Of a stretch of 64,000 nucleotides of DNA, positions 1 to 13,250 are shown one piece after another. The notes below the pieces were generated by a model, which had not been told where the DNA came from, searched no databases, and saw nothing but the letters and a program-made list of their open reading frames with translations. Source of the stretch: the human T2T-CHM13v2.0 reference genome, Homo sapiens; assembly GCF_009914755.1 (NCBI RefSeq), contig NC_060927.1. One strand, written 5' to 3'. Every line of letters starts with the position of its first letter. Within the stretch, counting starts at the first letter, position 1. Made by a program: the position numbers and the translations under genes.

Positions 1-165
1 GTAAGACATTATACTATTAGCGATGCAATTTTATGATTGAGAAAACTGAGGGACAGAGCAGCTAAATGACTTGCCCAAGGCACACAATTTGTTGATGCCG
101 TTGTCAGGATGTGAACCTAGGCAGAATGGCTCCAGGGTCCATGTTTCCAGCCACAATGCAATGCT
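1..165 (+). mobile_element. MIR SINE fragment
   Basis: MIR core-like words: gagaaaactgaggga, aaatgacttgcccaaggcacaca, gaacctaggcag. Old and diverged; boundaries approximate. Confidence 0.65.
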
Positions 166-899
166 GCCTCTTAGGTGTACTAAGTAATTATTTGACAAAC
201 TTTTATTAAATACCTACTGGATTGATGTTGTCAGGTGCAGGGAACACAGTAAAAAAATAACTGGCTTCGCCTCAGTGGGGCTCATGATTTTCTAGATACA
301 TGATACTAAAATCATGCTTCATGGAACGCCACCGGCAGCAGGACCTGGGAGCTTCTTAGAAATGAACACTCTATAGGGTCTCACCTGAGACCTACTGAAT
401 CTTACGCACATTAAAAATGGAGAAGAGCCGATTCAGGCTACTAGGACCCTAGGCTGTAGATTGCAGCTCTTTGTTCGTTTCTTTCTCTGGATTTTAGTTT
501 CTTCACCTGTAAAAAGAAGGGGGAGTTCCTAGATAATATCTGGAGTTAAGTTCACCTCTAATCCTCCTTACGGGTATCCTCTAGGTCACATTGCAGAAAA
601 CAGCAAAGTGGAAGTGACTGAGACGATGGATGCCCATAAACTTTTGCCCAGGTGTGTGGGCTCTTGTGTGTATGATAGAGTGAGTGCCATTTGCAATAAA
701 GATCAAACACATTGGTGCTGGGTTTCTTTGTTTTTCCTTGTTTCTGTACGCGGCTGAAAAGATTAGATTGTGTCCCAGCAAGCTAGATATTGCCTCCAGA
801 CACTTTATACGGCTTCTGTATTTATTTAGAGAGCAGGAAGCCTAGCCCAGCTTCTGCTGTATGAGGCAGTGACGGGAGAATTTAAAAGGGCTGTTTCAT

Positions 900-1279
900 T
901 AATTTTGGAGGGAATTTATTGCGGACAAAATACTGCATTATTGATGGTTGGAAGGCAGCACTTGCCTTGTCTCTGAGGAGCTGCGTGGGAGTGCCGCCCC
1001 CGCTTGCCTGCAGCCTCCTTGGAGCTGCTGCTGCAGCCGAGGGAAACCCTTCCCAGGCGAGGAGGGAGTCATTCTGGCACAGCGCCTGCCTGCCTGCCCG
1101 GGGTGCCGAGCTGTGATGGCAGAGCCTCTTTCTGACTGTATCGCTGCAATCTCTGAACAGGAAGGACACTTAAGAGGTCACACAGCTCCGTCTCGGCAGT
1201 TCACAGATGGGGTCCTCGACATCCACAAAGGGCAAGAGATTTACTCACATATAATGGCAGAAATCAGGTAGAAATCAGG
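900..1279 (+). promoter_or_regulatory. Candidate alternative promoter / first exon of an unidentified host gene
   Basis: Non-repetitive, GC- and CpG-richer than its surroundings, with a GC box-like gccgcccccgc (~992-1002). Ends at duplicated AGAAATCAG|GT donor-like sites (GT at 1269 and 1280). No transcript evidence is available. Confidence 0.4.
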
Positions 1280-2379
1280 TACAGCTGCATAGCTTCATTG
1301 CTCCTGTTTATTTTTTTTGCGGAATTAAAACTCTTTTCTAAATGACAGTGGCAGGATGTGCGTGGGCAGTTTTCTATGTGTTCTTTGCACAGCACCGAAC
1401 TTTGTTTCTCAAATAATGACAATAACATTATAGTTTTACAGACTTTAAATGATGTAAAAAGGAATTAATCTCTCATACATTCCTTGGAAAGATGAGGCGT
1501 TAATGGTTTCCAGCCATTTGCAACGGGTCAGGTCTGGGATAGATTTTTTAGACCTCATCGTCTTTGATGCCAACACCAATTTCGTGAGGTGGGTGTTATA
1601 ATCCTCATTTGTAGAGGCCCAATACAATTAAAAAGCTTGTTCAAGGTCTCAGAGAATGTAAGCAGCAGAGGTGAATTTTTTTTTAGCCATCTTATTAACT
1701 TTTGGAAGTTCAGTTCTAGGTTTACACAATATGCTTTTGTGAAAGGTTCCAAGCTGGGTTTTTGAAGGTGGGAGAAAGGACCTTTCTGTTAGCAATGGAG
1801 GAGAGAGTGGTGACTGCTATGAAACCAAGAGATGACAATAATGTCTATGAACTAGATGAGCTTTGGAAACACAGAATTTCAGGGACCTTGAAACTCAGGC
1901 TAGAATGAAGAGTGTGGGAGATGAAAGGAATAGGCCTAGGCTATGTGAATATTAAGATAAGCAATTGCCTTAGTTCCCACTTTCCTTTGCCAGAACAGAA
2001 GCTGTCAATGCAGACTAGAAATGGGCTGAAAGAGGAATTATGGTACAATCTCTCCTATGTACAAATCACTTTCTAGCTTAAAACGGTGCCTATTTGATCA
2101 TTTAGAAAGTGAGCAACTTGACTACTCTGTGACCTTACGATTCCCATGACACTTGATCTGGAAGGAATCTTAGACCCCTCTTAACTATCAAATTCAAACC
2201 CGATTTGGAATATGAGGACAGAGCCCAAAGAAGGAAGAGAATGTTGCAAAAGCTAATGGCGGAATCAAGGTGTTGCTCAATAGCCACTGTAAAGAGTTCT
2301 CTCTACCACACCATGTGGCTTTCTATTATTTATATGCATATGTGTTTGTTATAGGTTTACATACATTTGAAATGCATAC

Positions 2380-2470
2380 ACTATATATACAATGTATACA
2401 TACATATTATGTGTGTGCGTATATGTGTGTGTGCCTATATATAAAAAATATATATATATGTATATATATG
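2380..2470. repeat. (TA)n/(TG)n low-complexity microsatellite
   Basis: Mixed tatata/gtgtgt runs. Confidence 0.8.
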
Positions 2471-3104
2471 TTTTTTCCCTGCCTATTTTTTTCTTCAAAT
2501 TGTGGAGGCTAATGACCTACCTTCAGTGCAGTGAAAACAAAATTACTGCAAATACTCTAAATGCCTAACTGTAGAAACTTTAATTAGAAAAGTTAAAAGA
2601 ATTGTAGTAAATAGAGCTGTGCTTAGAGTACAGCTGTGCCTGTTCTTTCTGCTTACGGATTTTACTCAGGCAGATTTTTAAAGTTGGAGATAATTAGATT
2701 TAGGAGGTTGGAGGTCATAGAATAGGACTGGAGAGGTGTTAGCACTCAGAAATCCTAAGTGTTGTAGGAAAGGCAGCCTGAACAGAATTGCACATTAGTT
2801 AAAAACGAGTAAATTGCTGTAAGGTTATTTAGTTTTAAAACACCTAGATTGTCTGCTATATAGTGGAGGGAACATTACTATGGAGTATAATATAGATTTA
2901 GTTTTCAGTGTCTGACAGAAAAAGAAATTCAGAAGATTGAATAATATAAAAATAGAATAGAAGTAGATCCAAGGACAAAACATTACATGGAAAACATGGT
3001 AGAAGAGGAAAATTAACTGATTAAATGGGAGAAGTTACACACAAATTAGGAATCCCACAAGAGGCCAACAAATTCAAATGGCAAAATGAGATAGTTTAGA
3101 ATCA

Positions 3105-3290
3105 GAACGTTATTCCTCAAAGTGTGGCCGTGGGTCACCCACTTTAGAATCATCTGCGAACTGGTTGAAATGCAGATTAGAGGGCTCCCACTTCAGTTCT
3201 CTGGAATCAAAGCCTGGGAATAGGGTTTGGTAACAAGTGACAAATACTCTAGTTACTTCTTATGCACACGAAAATCTGGAACCACTGGGC
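3105..3290. mobile_element. MER5-like hAT-Charlie DNA transposon remnant
   Basis: ttcctcaaagtgtggcc...tagaatcatctg...gaaatgcagatt...cttatgcacacgaaaatctggaaccactg resembles MER5A. Confidence 0.6.
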
Positions 3291-4934
3291 CACGTAATTT
3301 TACACATTGCAAATAAATAGAAAAAGAAAACATCTAGAATGGCAGTTTGCACAATTTAAGGAGTAAACTATTTGGGAATCTTAATCCAAAAATTCAGAAA
3401 ACCGACTCAATAATAAGCAGCACGGTATCCATGCATTTTCCATTTTTAATTTGTAGAACAAATATTGATTGGAATACTAGATAATACACACAGTATTTAT
3501 GTTGCTTTGATTTATACCCTGCTATGATAAACTATTAGACATGAATTCCCTGGCCTTTTTTCCATTTATTAAAAAAAGGAGAGTCTTGATATCTATGGAG
3601 TTATAAGAAAAGAGGTTCAAGGAAGAGAAGACGGGGATACAGAAAAGGAATACATTTTGCTTGAATATAAAACCATATTTCTTTAGGCACAGTACATACT
3701 GCCTTTATTTTATATGGCTCTGATAATTAATAGTGAAATAATTGCGCTGAGAGAAAAATATTGAAAATAAGTAGAAAAATTTTCCAAATTGAGTTGTCCA
3801 TGTACATACACATATATTGTGAAGTAACTAATAGATAATGGAAAGGAAGTTAAGCGTTTGAAAAATTTCCTTTAATGAGTTCAGAAAGGTTCGCTTCTTG
3901 CTCCTTACCTTGGCAAGCATGTTCCTTATTCTTTCACAAGGTGGTGCTGTAAATGTGACTTCCCTTGACTGGCTGAAAATAACCTTTGTTACTTTTGGAA
4001 TAATTTGAAGTTTAGCTTACCGTACCCTCTTGCCAGTTAACAGTAAAGCATTTGTTAGTAACTTTCTGATCATTTGTTATTTGGCCATGAGAGAAGAGAG
4101 AATGTACAGGAAGTCATCTGGAGAAAAACATGGCATCTACTTTGATCTGAAGGTGGAGAGCAAAACCCTTACCATAGTCGCTTACGTATCCCAAAGGGAC
4201 AAATCTCCAGTTACAGTTCTCACGAAAATAATAATGGGACCAAAACGCAAGAGCAGGAAATTCTCATTGTGCTTGATTTATAGCAACTAAGGCTAGTTTT
4301 TTTCCTCATTTCTCTTTCTTTTTAACTTTATTTTTAAATTTGGAATTTTATAATTTGTGCTTTGATGACTGGGTAAATTGGCGTGAGTGGCTTATCATTA
4401 TTTCGATTTTTGTTCATGAATGTGTTTATATATTTTTGATGTTTAACTTCACTATCTTACCTGATTTTAAGCAATCCTCTCAGAAAGTAGTTTATCCTAT
4501 TTACTTGAATAGTTTGTAGAAAAAAATTTGCTATTATGTACAGTTTTAAGGTATGATGAAATCTAGAAGGAAGTCAGAATTAATGAGATTATTGCATTAA
4601 ATTATTTTCTTCCTCCACCTCTCAAATTGTTATTTTTGTTTAAATGTCTCTTTCTTTCTTCTTAATCTTGGGAAATTTTATTAGCATTGAGAATCTTTTC
4701 CTTTTGTGATGCTGGTAAGGAATGAAGAGTTAACCATTTTTATCCTACTATTGTGTTAAGATTCATATAATCCACGTGCTTCTATACCCATGTGGTTTTG
4801 TGCTCAATAGTACAGAACTGACTTTAGGAAGTGGAGTACAAATAAAAATTAACCAATGGCAGAATATTTAGAACTGGAAGAAAAATTAGAAATAACCTAA
4901 TTGATTGCCATTTGTGGTACAATAAAAGTATATA

Positions 4935-5242
<308 letters not shown>

Positions 5243-5557
5243 GTATATATATTTGGTCTTTGTCCCTGGTTCCTGACACAAACCACCTACAACCAACCGT
5301 TGGAATTTTGTTTTTCATAATGAGCCCCTTTTGACCATTCCTGATTTTATGCCAACGTGGTAACACTTGCTGTGCACCTAGGTAGCTTCAGGATGCAGGC
5401 TAGTTGCCAGAAGAAAAACCATCCACCTGGTTAAAGAATTAGAACTATTAGCCCTGTCTCCAACCTCATGGAGGGGAGAAGAGCTGGAGAATTTAATAAC
5501 TAATGCTTTCATCGATTATATCTATGTAATGAAACTTTTATAAAAACTTTGAAACAT

Positions 5558-5746
5558 AGCCAGGTGCAGTGGCACATTCCTGTAGTCACAGCTACTTGAG
5601 AGGCTGAGGCAGAAAAATTGTTTGAGCACAGAAATTTGAGTTTGTAGTGCATCATGATCTTGCCTATGAATAGTCACTGCATTCCAGCCTGGGCACACAG
5701 CAAGACCTTATCTCTACACACACACACACATACACACACACACACA
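5558..5746 (+). mobile_element. Old Alu monomer (FRAM/FLAM/AluJ-like) with (CA)n tail
   Basis: agccaggtgcagtggcacattcctgtagtcacagctacttgagaggctgagg...cagcctgggc followed by (CA)n at 5716-5746. Confidence 0.75.
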
Positions 5747-7052
5747 CTCTTTACTAAGGGAGCTTCTGTGTTGCTGAACATGTCCATGTACTGGGGGAGT
5801 GGTGTACCCAGAGAAGGCACAGAAGCTCTGTATGCCCCCTCCCCCCAGTATCTTGCCCTACACACTTCTTCCATTTGACTGTTTCTGAATTGTTTCCTTT
5901 ATAATAAAACAGTAATCGTAAGTATAGTGACTTCCTGAGTTCTATAAATCATTCTAGTAAATTATGGAGCCTGAAGGGGGATTGTGAAGAACCTCCAAAT
6001 TTATAGTTGTTAGGCAGAAGTGCAGGTAGCCTAAAGACCTTGTTGTGACTGGCAGAAGTGGAGGCAGGCTTGCAGGACGGAACCCTTAACTTGTGGGATC
6101 TGTGTTAATTCGGGGTAGTTGATGTCAGAATTGAATTGAATTGTCAGACACCAACTAATGTTGGAGAACAAGAGAATTGGATATTGTAGGAAATCCAAAC
6201 ACACTTTTTCTTGTCTCCTCAATATGACGGAACGTTTAGACACAAGACATGGTAAGTGATATGCCTAATTCATGCTGCAAACCACATTAGAAGGTGATAA
6301 AACCAAAAACTTCAGGCCTTTGACTGTAAGTGCTGTGATCTTTTCTCTACACCACACTGCCTTTATACCACATATTTATTTATGTGTCAGCTTTTGATTC
6401 ATGAATAGAACCCAGTCTTCTGCATGAGAGAAGAATTAGGATGGTTGGAAAATTTATAAGAAGTGGGAATTATCTGTGACTTCTAAACCACCTACAACAA
6501 CAGAAGGCTGGGAGAATTAAAGGATTATTCTGCATTCCCAAATCACCAGTACATTTCCTAAGATTTTCAAAGAGACATCTGGTGAGTTCTAACTTGAAGA
6601 GAAAAAAATCTTTCTTTCTAATATAAAAAGCTAATATTTAAGAAGAGGAAACAGAACTGATAATAATGCTTTGCAATCAATGAGACTTTGCAATGTAATT
6701 TTACAAGGCCCTTGCTCATTTATTTCTAGTTTGCTATTAATAGGACCGTGAGCTTGAAAGGTGAATAAACTGAGGCTAGGGGAATGTTGTGGTCAAATAA
6801 TCTACACAAGATGAAGAGCTATAAGTAGTGGACCAAGGTTGGTATCATAGGTTCTTGACTATGATACATCAATGTATACATGTATACATCAATGGTACTT
6901 TTCAGGATCACAGGAAAAGACCATTTGCTATGATCTGTGCTACAAACATTTATTAATTGGTCAATTTTGTAATTTTTTCCAGATGTGTTAGCTGTGCTTT
7001 TCAGGGAGCTTACTCTGCCACAGTGGATCTAGAACTTCCAAGAATGGTCATT

Positions 7053-7388
<336 letters not shown>

Positions 7389-7663
7389 TTATTTTGTGTG
7401 TAGAAGTGACTAGAAAAAAATTTTAGAAAATTCAAAAATTTTTCTCAGTGTAGCCAGGATTATCATAGAATAATGAAAGTACAGTCATAGAATGATCACA
7501 GGAAACCAAAGGATGAGGAAATACTACAACCCATAGAGTGGATGTGATTAGTAGAAGGGGGAAAGATTAAAGTTATTTTCTGATTGTTCCAAATTTGTTC
7601 CAATTATTGGATAAAAATTCAAATATGAAAAGAAAGTTAACAAACAGGTAGAATAGATTGTGA

Positions 7664-7667
7664 TGTA

Positions 7668-7714
<47 letters not shown>
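7664..7714. repeat. (TG)n(TA)n microsatellite
   Basis: Direct inspection. Confidence 0.9.
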
Positions 7715-7719
<5 letters not shown>

Positions 7720-7928
7720 CTCTAATAAATTACAAACAAGAACATATCCAATAATTTATCCACAAAAATATCACCAAATTTTGACGAGTATAAATGAGAG
7801 TTCATAATGAAAGTCATAATTTAGAGATTTGTTCAGTAACAATGAAAAGCATGAGGCTCTGTAGTGACTCACATGCCCGTAAAGGTCTTGTGTATCACTT
7901 TTTAAAAACATTTATAGCTACATTTTTA

Positions 7929-8389
<461 letters not shown>

Positions 8390-9127
8390 TAGTAACATTC
8401 TATAAACAATAAAATATGTATTTCATGAAAATTTGTACATAAATTATAGAAATTAATAAACCAATATTGCGTGTTGTTTTGGAGAACATATATTCAACCT
8501 TAGTATTAGAAAAACATGAAGAGAATATATACGCCCTTCAATATTGATTGTTCAGATGTATCTAAGTCCTGAGTGTATGCCAATCAAAAGACAGATGTGA
8601 AGGTTAACGTCACATTAAATACAAAGGGGAGAAAGAATAAAACACCTACTCAGTTCAAACATAACCCCCAAATTGAAAGTCAAAAGAGCTGGGGATTGAA
8701 TTGTTGGCAATGATTTGCAATTAAGCAGCTGCTCACATCGGCAGATCTATGTAATTGACTGAAGGGTAAGTAACAGCAGCATTTTATTTAATGCTGTTTA
8801 ATCACTCTCCTGAGTAATTCTGACTAGTCCAGCTAATGCTAACAGAAAATAAGAGTGTTATTAAGCATGCAGATGGGGAGAAAAGTTTATTATTCACATA
8901 TATATAGTAAAACAAAATTTAAAAAATACAGAAGAGTGAAAAGCTAAAAACAAAAACCAAAGGACACAATTTAGTGTTGTGGTTACATTTCTGGGTGAGG
9001 AAAGAGAATGGGATCAGGAAGGATATACAGGACACATGGCAAATTCAGGGACAATTTGTTTAAAGTATAGGGGTGCCTATTGTATTGTCATTCTTCGTAT
9101 CTTAGGCATATTGTTTAATTATTATTT

Positions 9128-9655
9128 TGTACCTTTCTTTTTTTTAATTTACTTTTTTTTTTATTTTTTTGAGATGGAGTCTCGCTCTGTCGCCCAGGCT
9201 GGAGTGCAGTGGTGTGATCTGGGCTCACTGCAACCTCCGCTCCTGGGTTCACGCTATTCTCCTGCCTCAGGCTCCCAAGTAACTGGGACTACAGGCGCCC
9301 ACCACCATGCCTGGCTAATTTTTTTGTATTTTTAGTAGAAACGGGGTTTCACCGTGTTAGCCAGGATGGTCTCAATCTCCTGACCTCGTGATCCGCCGGC
9401 CTCGGTCTCCCGAAGTGCTGGGATTACAGGCGTGAGCCACCGTGCCCGGCCTCAAATATTTCTTATTAAAAAAGCTTTTTTAGCCTAATTTAACTACTTC
9501 TTCAGGATTAAAAGTTACATGCAATTATTTATTTTAAAAATCTGTCTAGTGTCTCTTTGCATTCAAAAAGTATAAAACCCATAGGAACCAGAACTCGGCT
9601 GTTCTAGTTCCTATGGGGTTTATACTTTTTGAGTGCAGAGAGTGCACCTTTCTTT
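9128..9655 (-). mobile_element. Composite insertion: AluY-like element + 144-bp copied flank + fold-back inversion, all inside one TSD
   Basis: Alu at 9141-9451 (-). 9452-9595 is the reverse complement of 18514-18657. 9601-9642 is an inverted repeat of 9553-9594. TSD tgtacctttcttt (9128-9140) / tgcacctttcttt (9643-9655). Confidence 0.85.
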
Positions 9656-11164
9656 AATAATAAATGATTATAAATAAAATGGGAAGAAGACATTGAGGCA
9701 TTTCATAGAACAGAAAATAAATGACCAATTAAAAAAGGAAATATACTTAACCTTATTGGTGAATAAGGAAATACAAAGTAAAACCTCAATAAGAAACCAT
9801 TTCAAATCCATCAAAGTAACAACTGAGAAGCTGGGTGATATCTTCAATTTTGATGATGTAGTATGACAAGAACACTCACTGGTTACTAATGGGAATATAT
9901 ATAGGTACAAACACTTCAGGAAAGAGTTGGGAATTTCTTAGTATATTTTAAATGTGGCAACTTTTGACACAAATATTTAAGTTTTAGGTGTAAAATCCAG
10001 ATAAACTCTTGTACATGTACACTCAGACACAATGAGATATGGACAACAAGGGTAAATGTAGCACCGTTCAAAACAATTTCATCTTAAGAACACACTAAGC
10101 TCCTTATATAGACAGTGCTGTTCTATATAGCTCATTAACTATGTAACAGGGGTTGAAAAGAAAAAAGGAAATCTTAGTAACAATTTTTGCACATAGTAAA
10201 ATAACTTACACGAATACTAGTGTGTTTTAGTTTACAAACCAAATTTACAACCATTAAACCTATTTTCATTTGCTCATCTTTATCATCTTAGAAAGAGATA
10301 GAACAGGGATCATTATCACCATTTTACAGCTCAGAAGACAGATGATTAAGAGAATTTGTCATTTTCTTAAGCTTATATATATAATGGTTACATTAACCTA
10401 GTAGAATGACATAGTATGTGTAATCAATTTTCTATTGTTGTGATTAATCTAGATTGGTCTTAATGAATTAACTTTTCAGTACATTGTTGGGTTCAGTCTG
10501 CTCATTTTTATAAAGGATTTTGCTTCCCTGCTCATGAATAAGACTGGATAAATGCATGCAGTTTTTCTCTAGTTATGTTTATGCTATTGATTTCTGTCTT
10601 AATTGCATTGTGGTAAAAAAAAAAAAGATTATCTGAAATCCACCAACTTCTTGGAATTTGCTAGCTAACACCAAATTTGACCAATCTTTATTATATTTAA
10701 TATAGGCATGAAAAGAATGCATAATTTCTAATTTTAGTGTAATATTCTAGATATGTGAATTATGCAAAATTTAATTTCTTTAATTGTACTCTTCCAATCT
10801 GTTGCTTTACTGAATTACTCTCTGTTTAAGGTATAAATTATTGAAATAACTAATGTTAAAATACCGTAATGTTGGGTTTTAAAATTTCTCAGTATAACCT
10901 CTAAATTACTGTTATATTTACAGTCTGTGTTATTAGGTGAGCATAAATTTAGAATTATTATATTTTCCTGATTTATTGAAACTTTTATCATTTCAAATGA
11001 TTTACTTCATCTCTAGTAATTGTTTTTACAGTCTATTTTGGTAGACATTATTAAGGCTACTCCAGCATGCTTTTGAGTAGCATTGGCATAATATATATTT
11101 TTCTATGTTTAAATTTTCATTGTTTTAAAAAAGGTAGTCAGTTGTGTGACTAAGAGTGTAAATA

Positions 11165-12398
11165 TCTTCTTTTGAGAAGTGTCTCTTCATACCCTTTGCC
11201 CACTCTTTGATGGGGTTGTTTGTTTATTTCCTGTAAATTTGTTTAAGTTCCTTGTGGATTCTGGATATTAGCCCTTTGTCAGGTGGATAGATTACAAAAA
11301 TGTTCTCCCATTCTGTAGGTTGCCTATTCACTCTGAAGATAGTTTCTTTTGCTGTGCAGAAGCTCTTTAGTTTAATTAGAGCTCATTTGTCAATTTTGGG
11401 TTTTGTTGCCATTGCTTTTGTTATTTTAGTCATGAAGTCCTTGCCCATGCCTATGTCCTGAATGGTATTGCCTAGGTTTTCTTCTAGGGTTTTTATGGTT
11501 TTAGGTCTTACATTTAAGTCTTTAATCCATCTTGAGTTAATTTTTGTATAAGGTGTAAGGAAGGGGTCCAGTTTCAGTTTTCTGCATGCAGCCAACAAAC
11601 ATATGAAAAAAAAACCTCATTATCACTGGTCATTAGAGAAATGCAGATCAAAACCACAATGAGATACCATTTCACTCCAGTTAGAATGGCGATCATTACA
11701 AAGTCAGGAAACAACACATGCTGGAGAGGATGTGGAGAAATAGGAATGCTTTTACACTGTTGGTAGGAGTGTAAATTAGTTAAACCATTGTGGAAGACAG
11801 TATGGCGATTCCTCAAGGATCTGGAACCAGAAATACCATTTGACCCAGCAATCTTATTACTGGGTATACACCCAAAGGATTATAAATCATTCTACTATAA
11901 AGACACATGCACACGTATGTTTATTGTGGCATTATTCACAATAGCAAAGACTTGGAACCAACCCAAATGCCCATCAATGATAGACTGGATAAAGAAAATG
12001 TGGCATATATACACCATGGAATACTATGCAGCCATAAAAAAAGATGAATTTGTGTCCTTTGCAAGGACATGGATGAAGCTGGAAACCATAATTCTCAGCA
12101 AACTAACACAGGAACAGAAGAGCAAACACTGCATTTTCTCACTTATAAGTGGGAGTTGAACAATGAGAACACATGGACACATGGAGGGGAACATCACACA
12201 CCGGGGCCTGTCAGGGGGTTTTGGGATAGAGGAAGGATAGCATTAGGAGAAATACCTAATGTAGATGATGGGTTGATGGGTGTGGCAAAGCACCATGGCA
12301 CGTGTATACCTATGTAACAAGCCTGCATGTTCTGCACATGTATCCCAGAACTTAAAGTATATAAAAATAAATAAATGAACATAATATGCATCTTAAAA
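11165..12398 (+). mobile_element. 5'-truncated, 5'-inverted L1PA (L1PA7/8-like)
   Basis: ORF2 C-terminal sequence on the - strand (~11165-11590), then on the + strand ([22 protein letters not shown]...), followed by 3' UTR and A-rich tail. TSD aagagtgtaaata (11152-11164) / aagactgtaaata (12399-12411). Confidence 0.9.
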
Positions 12399-12769
12399 AA
12401 GACTGTAAATAATTGAGAACACAGGCTGAGACATATTAAGTGCTCAATAAGTGTAAAGATGTAGCATACATAGAAGTTAAGCTCAGGATCTAGAATTATG
12501 GGCCCTGGCTTTCAAATGTTGCTTTGAAACTATGATCCAGGTGATCTTGGACAAGTTAAACAAGTTTTCAGTTCTTGTTTTTCTCATTGGTAAAACAGGA
12601 TAATAACACCTTTACACCATAGAGGTGCTGTGTGGAATGAATTATACAAATAAGTGTTAAGAAGAGTGTATAGTTTTAAACTTGTTTTTAAAATATTGTC
12701 TATTTTTGGAATTGCTTTTATTACTTCAATGTTATAATCTTGGTATAATAATTGGAGATTTTGGTCCTA

Positions 12770-13250
12770 TTTCAATTATCTGTGATGTGAAACAAATCAT
12801 GCTGAAATCTAATGAGTTAACATTTTATCATCTTTTATGATTCCCTAGGTTTACTGGGCTCAGCTAGGCAGCTCTTCTGCTCCACATGGCATTGATTTTA
12901 CACGATCACTTGGGGACACCACTGGGCTGTAATATCCAAAATGGCTTTGTAACATGATTGTCAGGCAGGAGTTTTTTGGGCCTCTCAACCACTGTGCCTA
13001 TATGGGGCCTCTCCATGCAGTTGCTGGGCTATGCCTGGGAGCATTCCAATTGTGAATAGTCCAAGGAGGAGAAGGTGAAAGCTGACAGTCCTCTTAAAGG
13101 CTAAGCTTGGAAATTTCCCAGTGTCATTTCCACTGTATTCTATTAATTAAGCAGCCTCAGAGCCAGCCCAGATTTAATAAGAAAGGAAATAAATGCTACC
13201 TTTCAAAAGGAGAGTAATAAAGAATTTGCAGCAATAGTTAATCCACCACA
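12770..13250 (-). mobile_element. MLT1-type MaLR LTR remnant
   Basis: ctgggctcagctaggcagctcttctgctccacatggc and gtcatttccactgtattctattaattaagcagcctcagagccagcccagattt are typical old MLT1 motifs. Confidence 0.6.

Noticed and set aside
882-1271. Overlapping ORFs of 65-107 aa as a protein-coding gene
   Set aside because: No recognisable domain, several rely on non-ATG starts, and open frames on both strands are expected in a GC-rich stretch. Kept only as a possible first exon.
6863-6893. Small palindrome/duplication gatacatcaatgtatacatgtatacatcaatg
   Set aside because: Too short and AT-rich; compatible with ordinary slippage.
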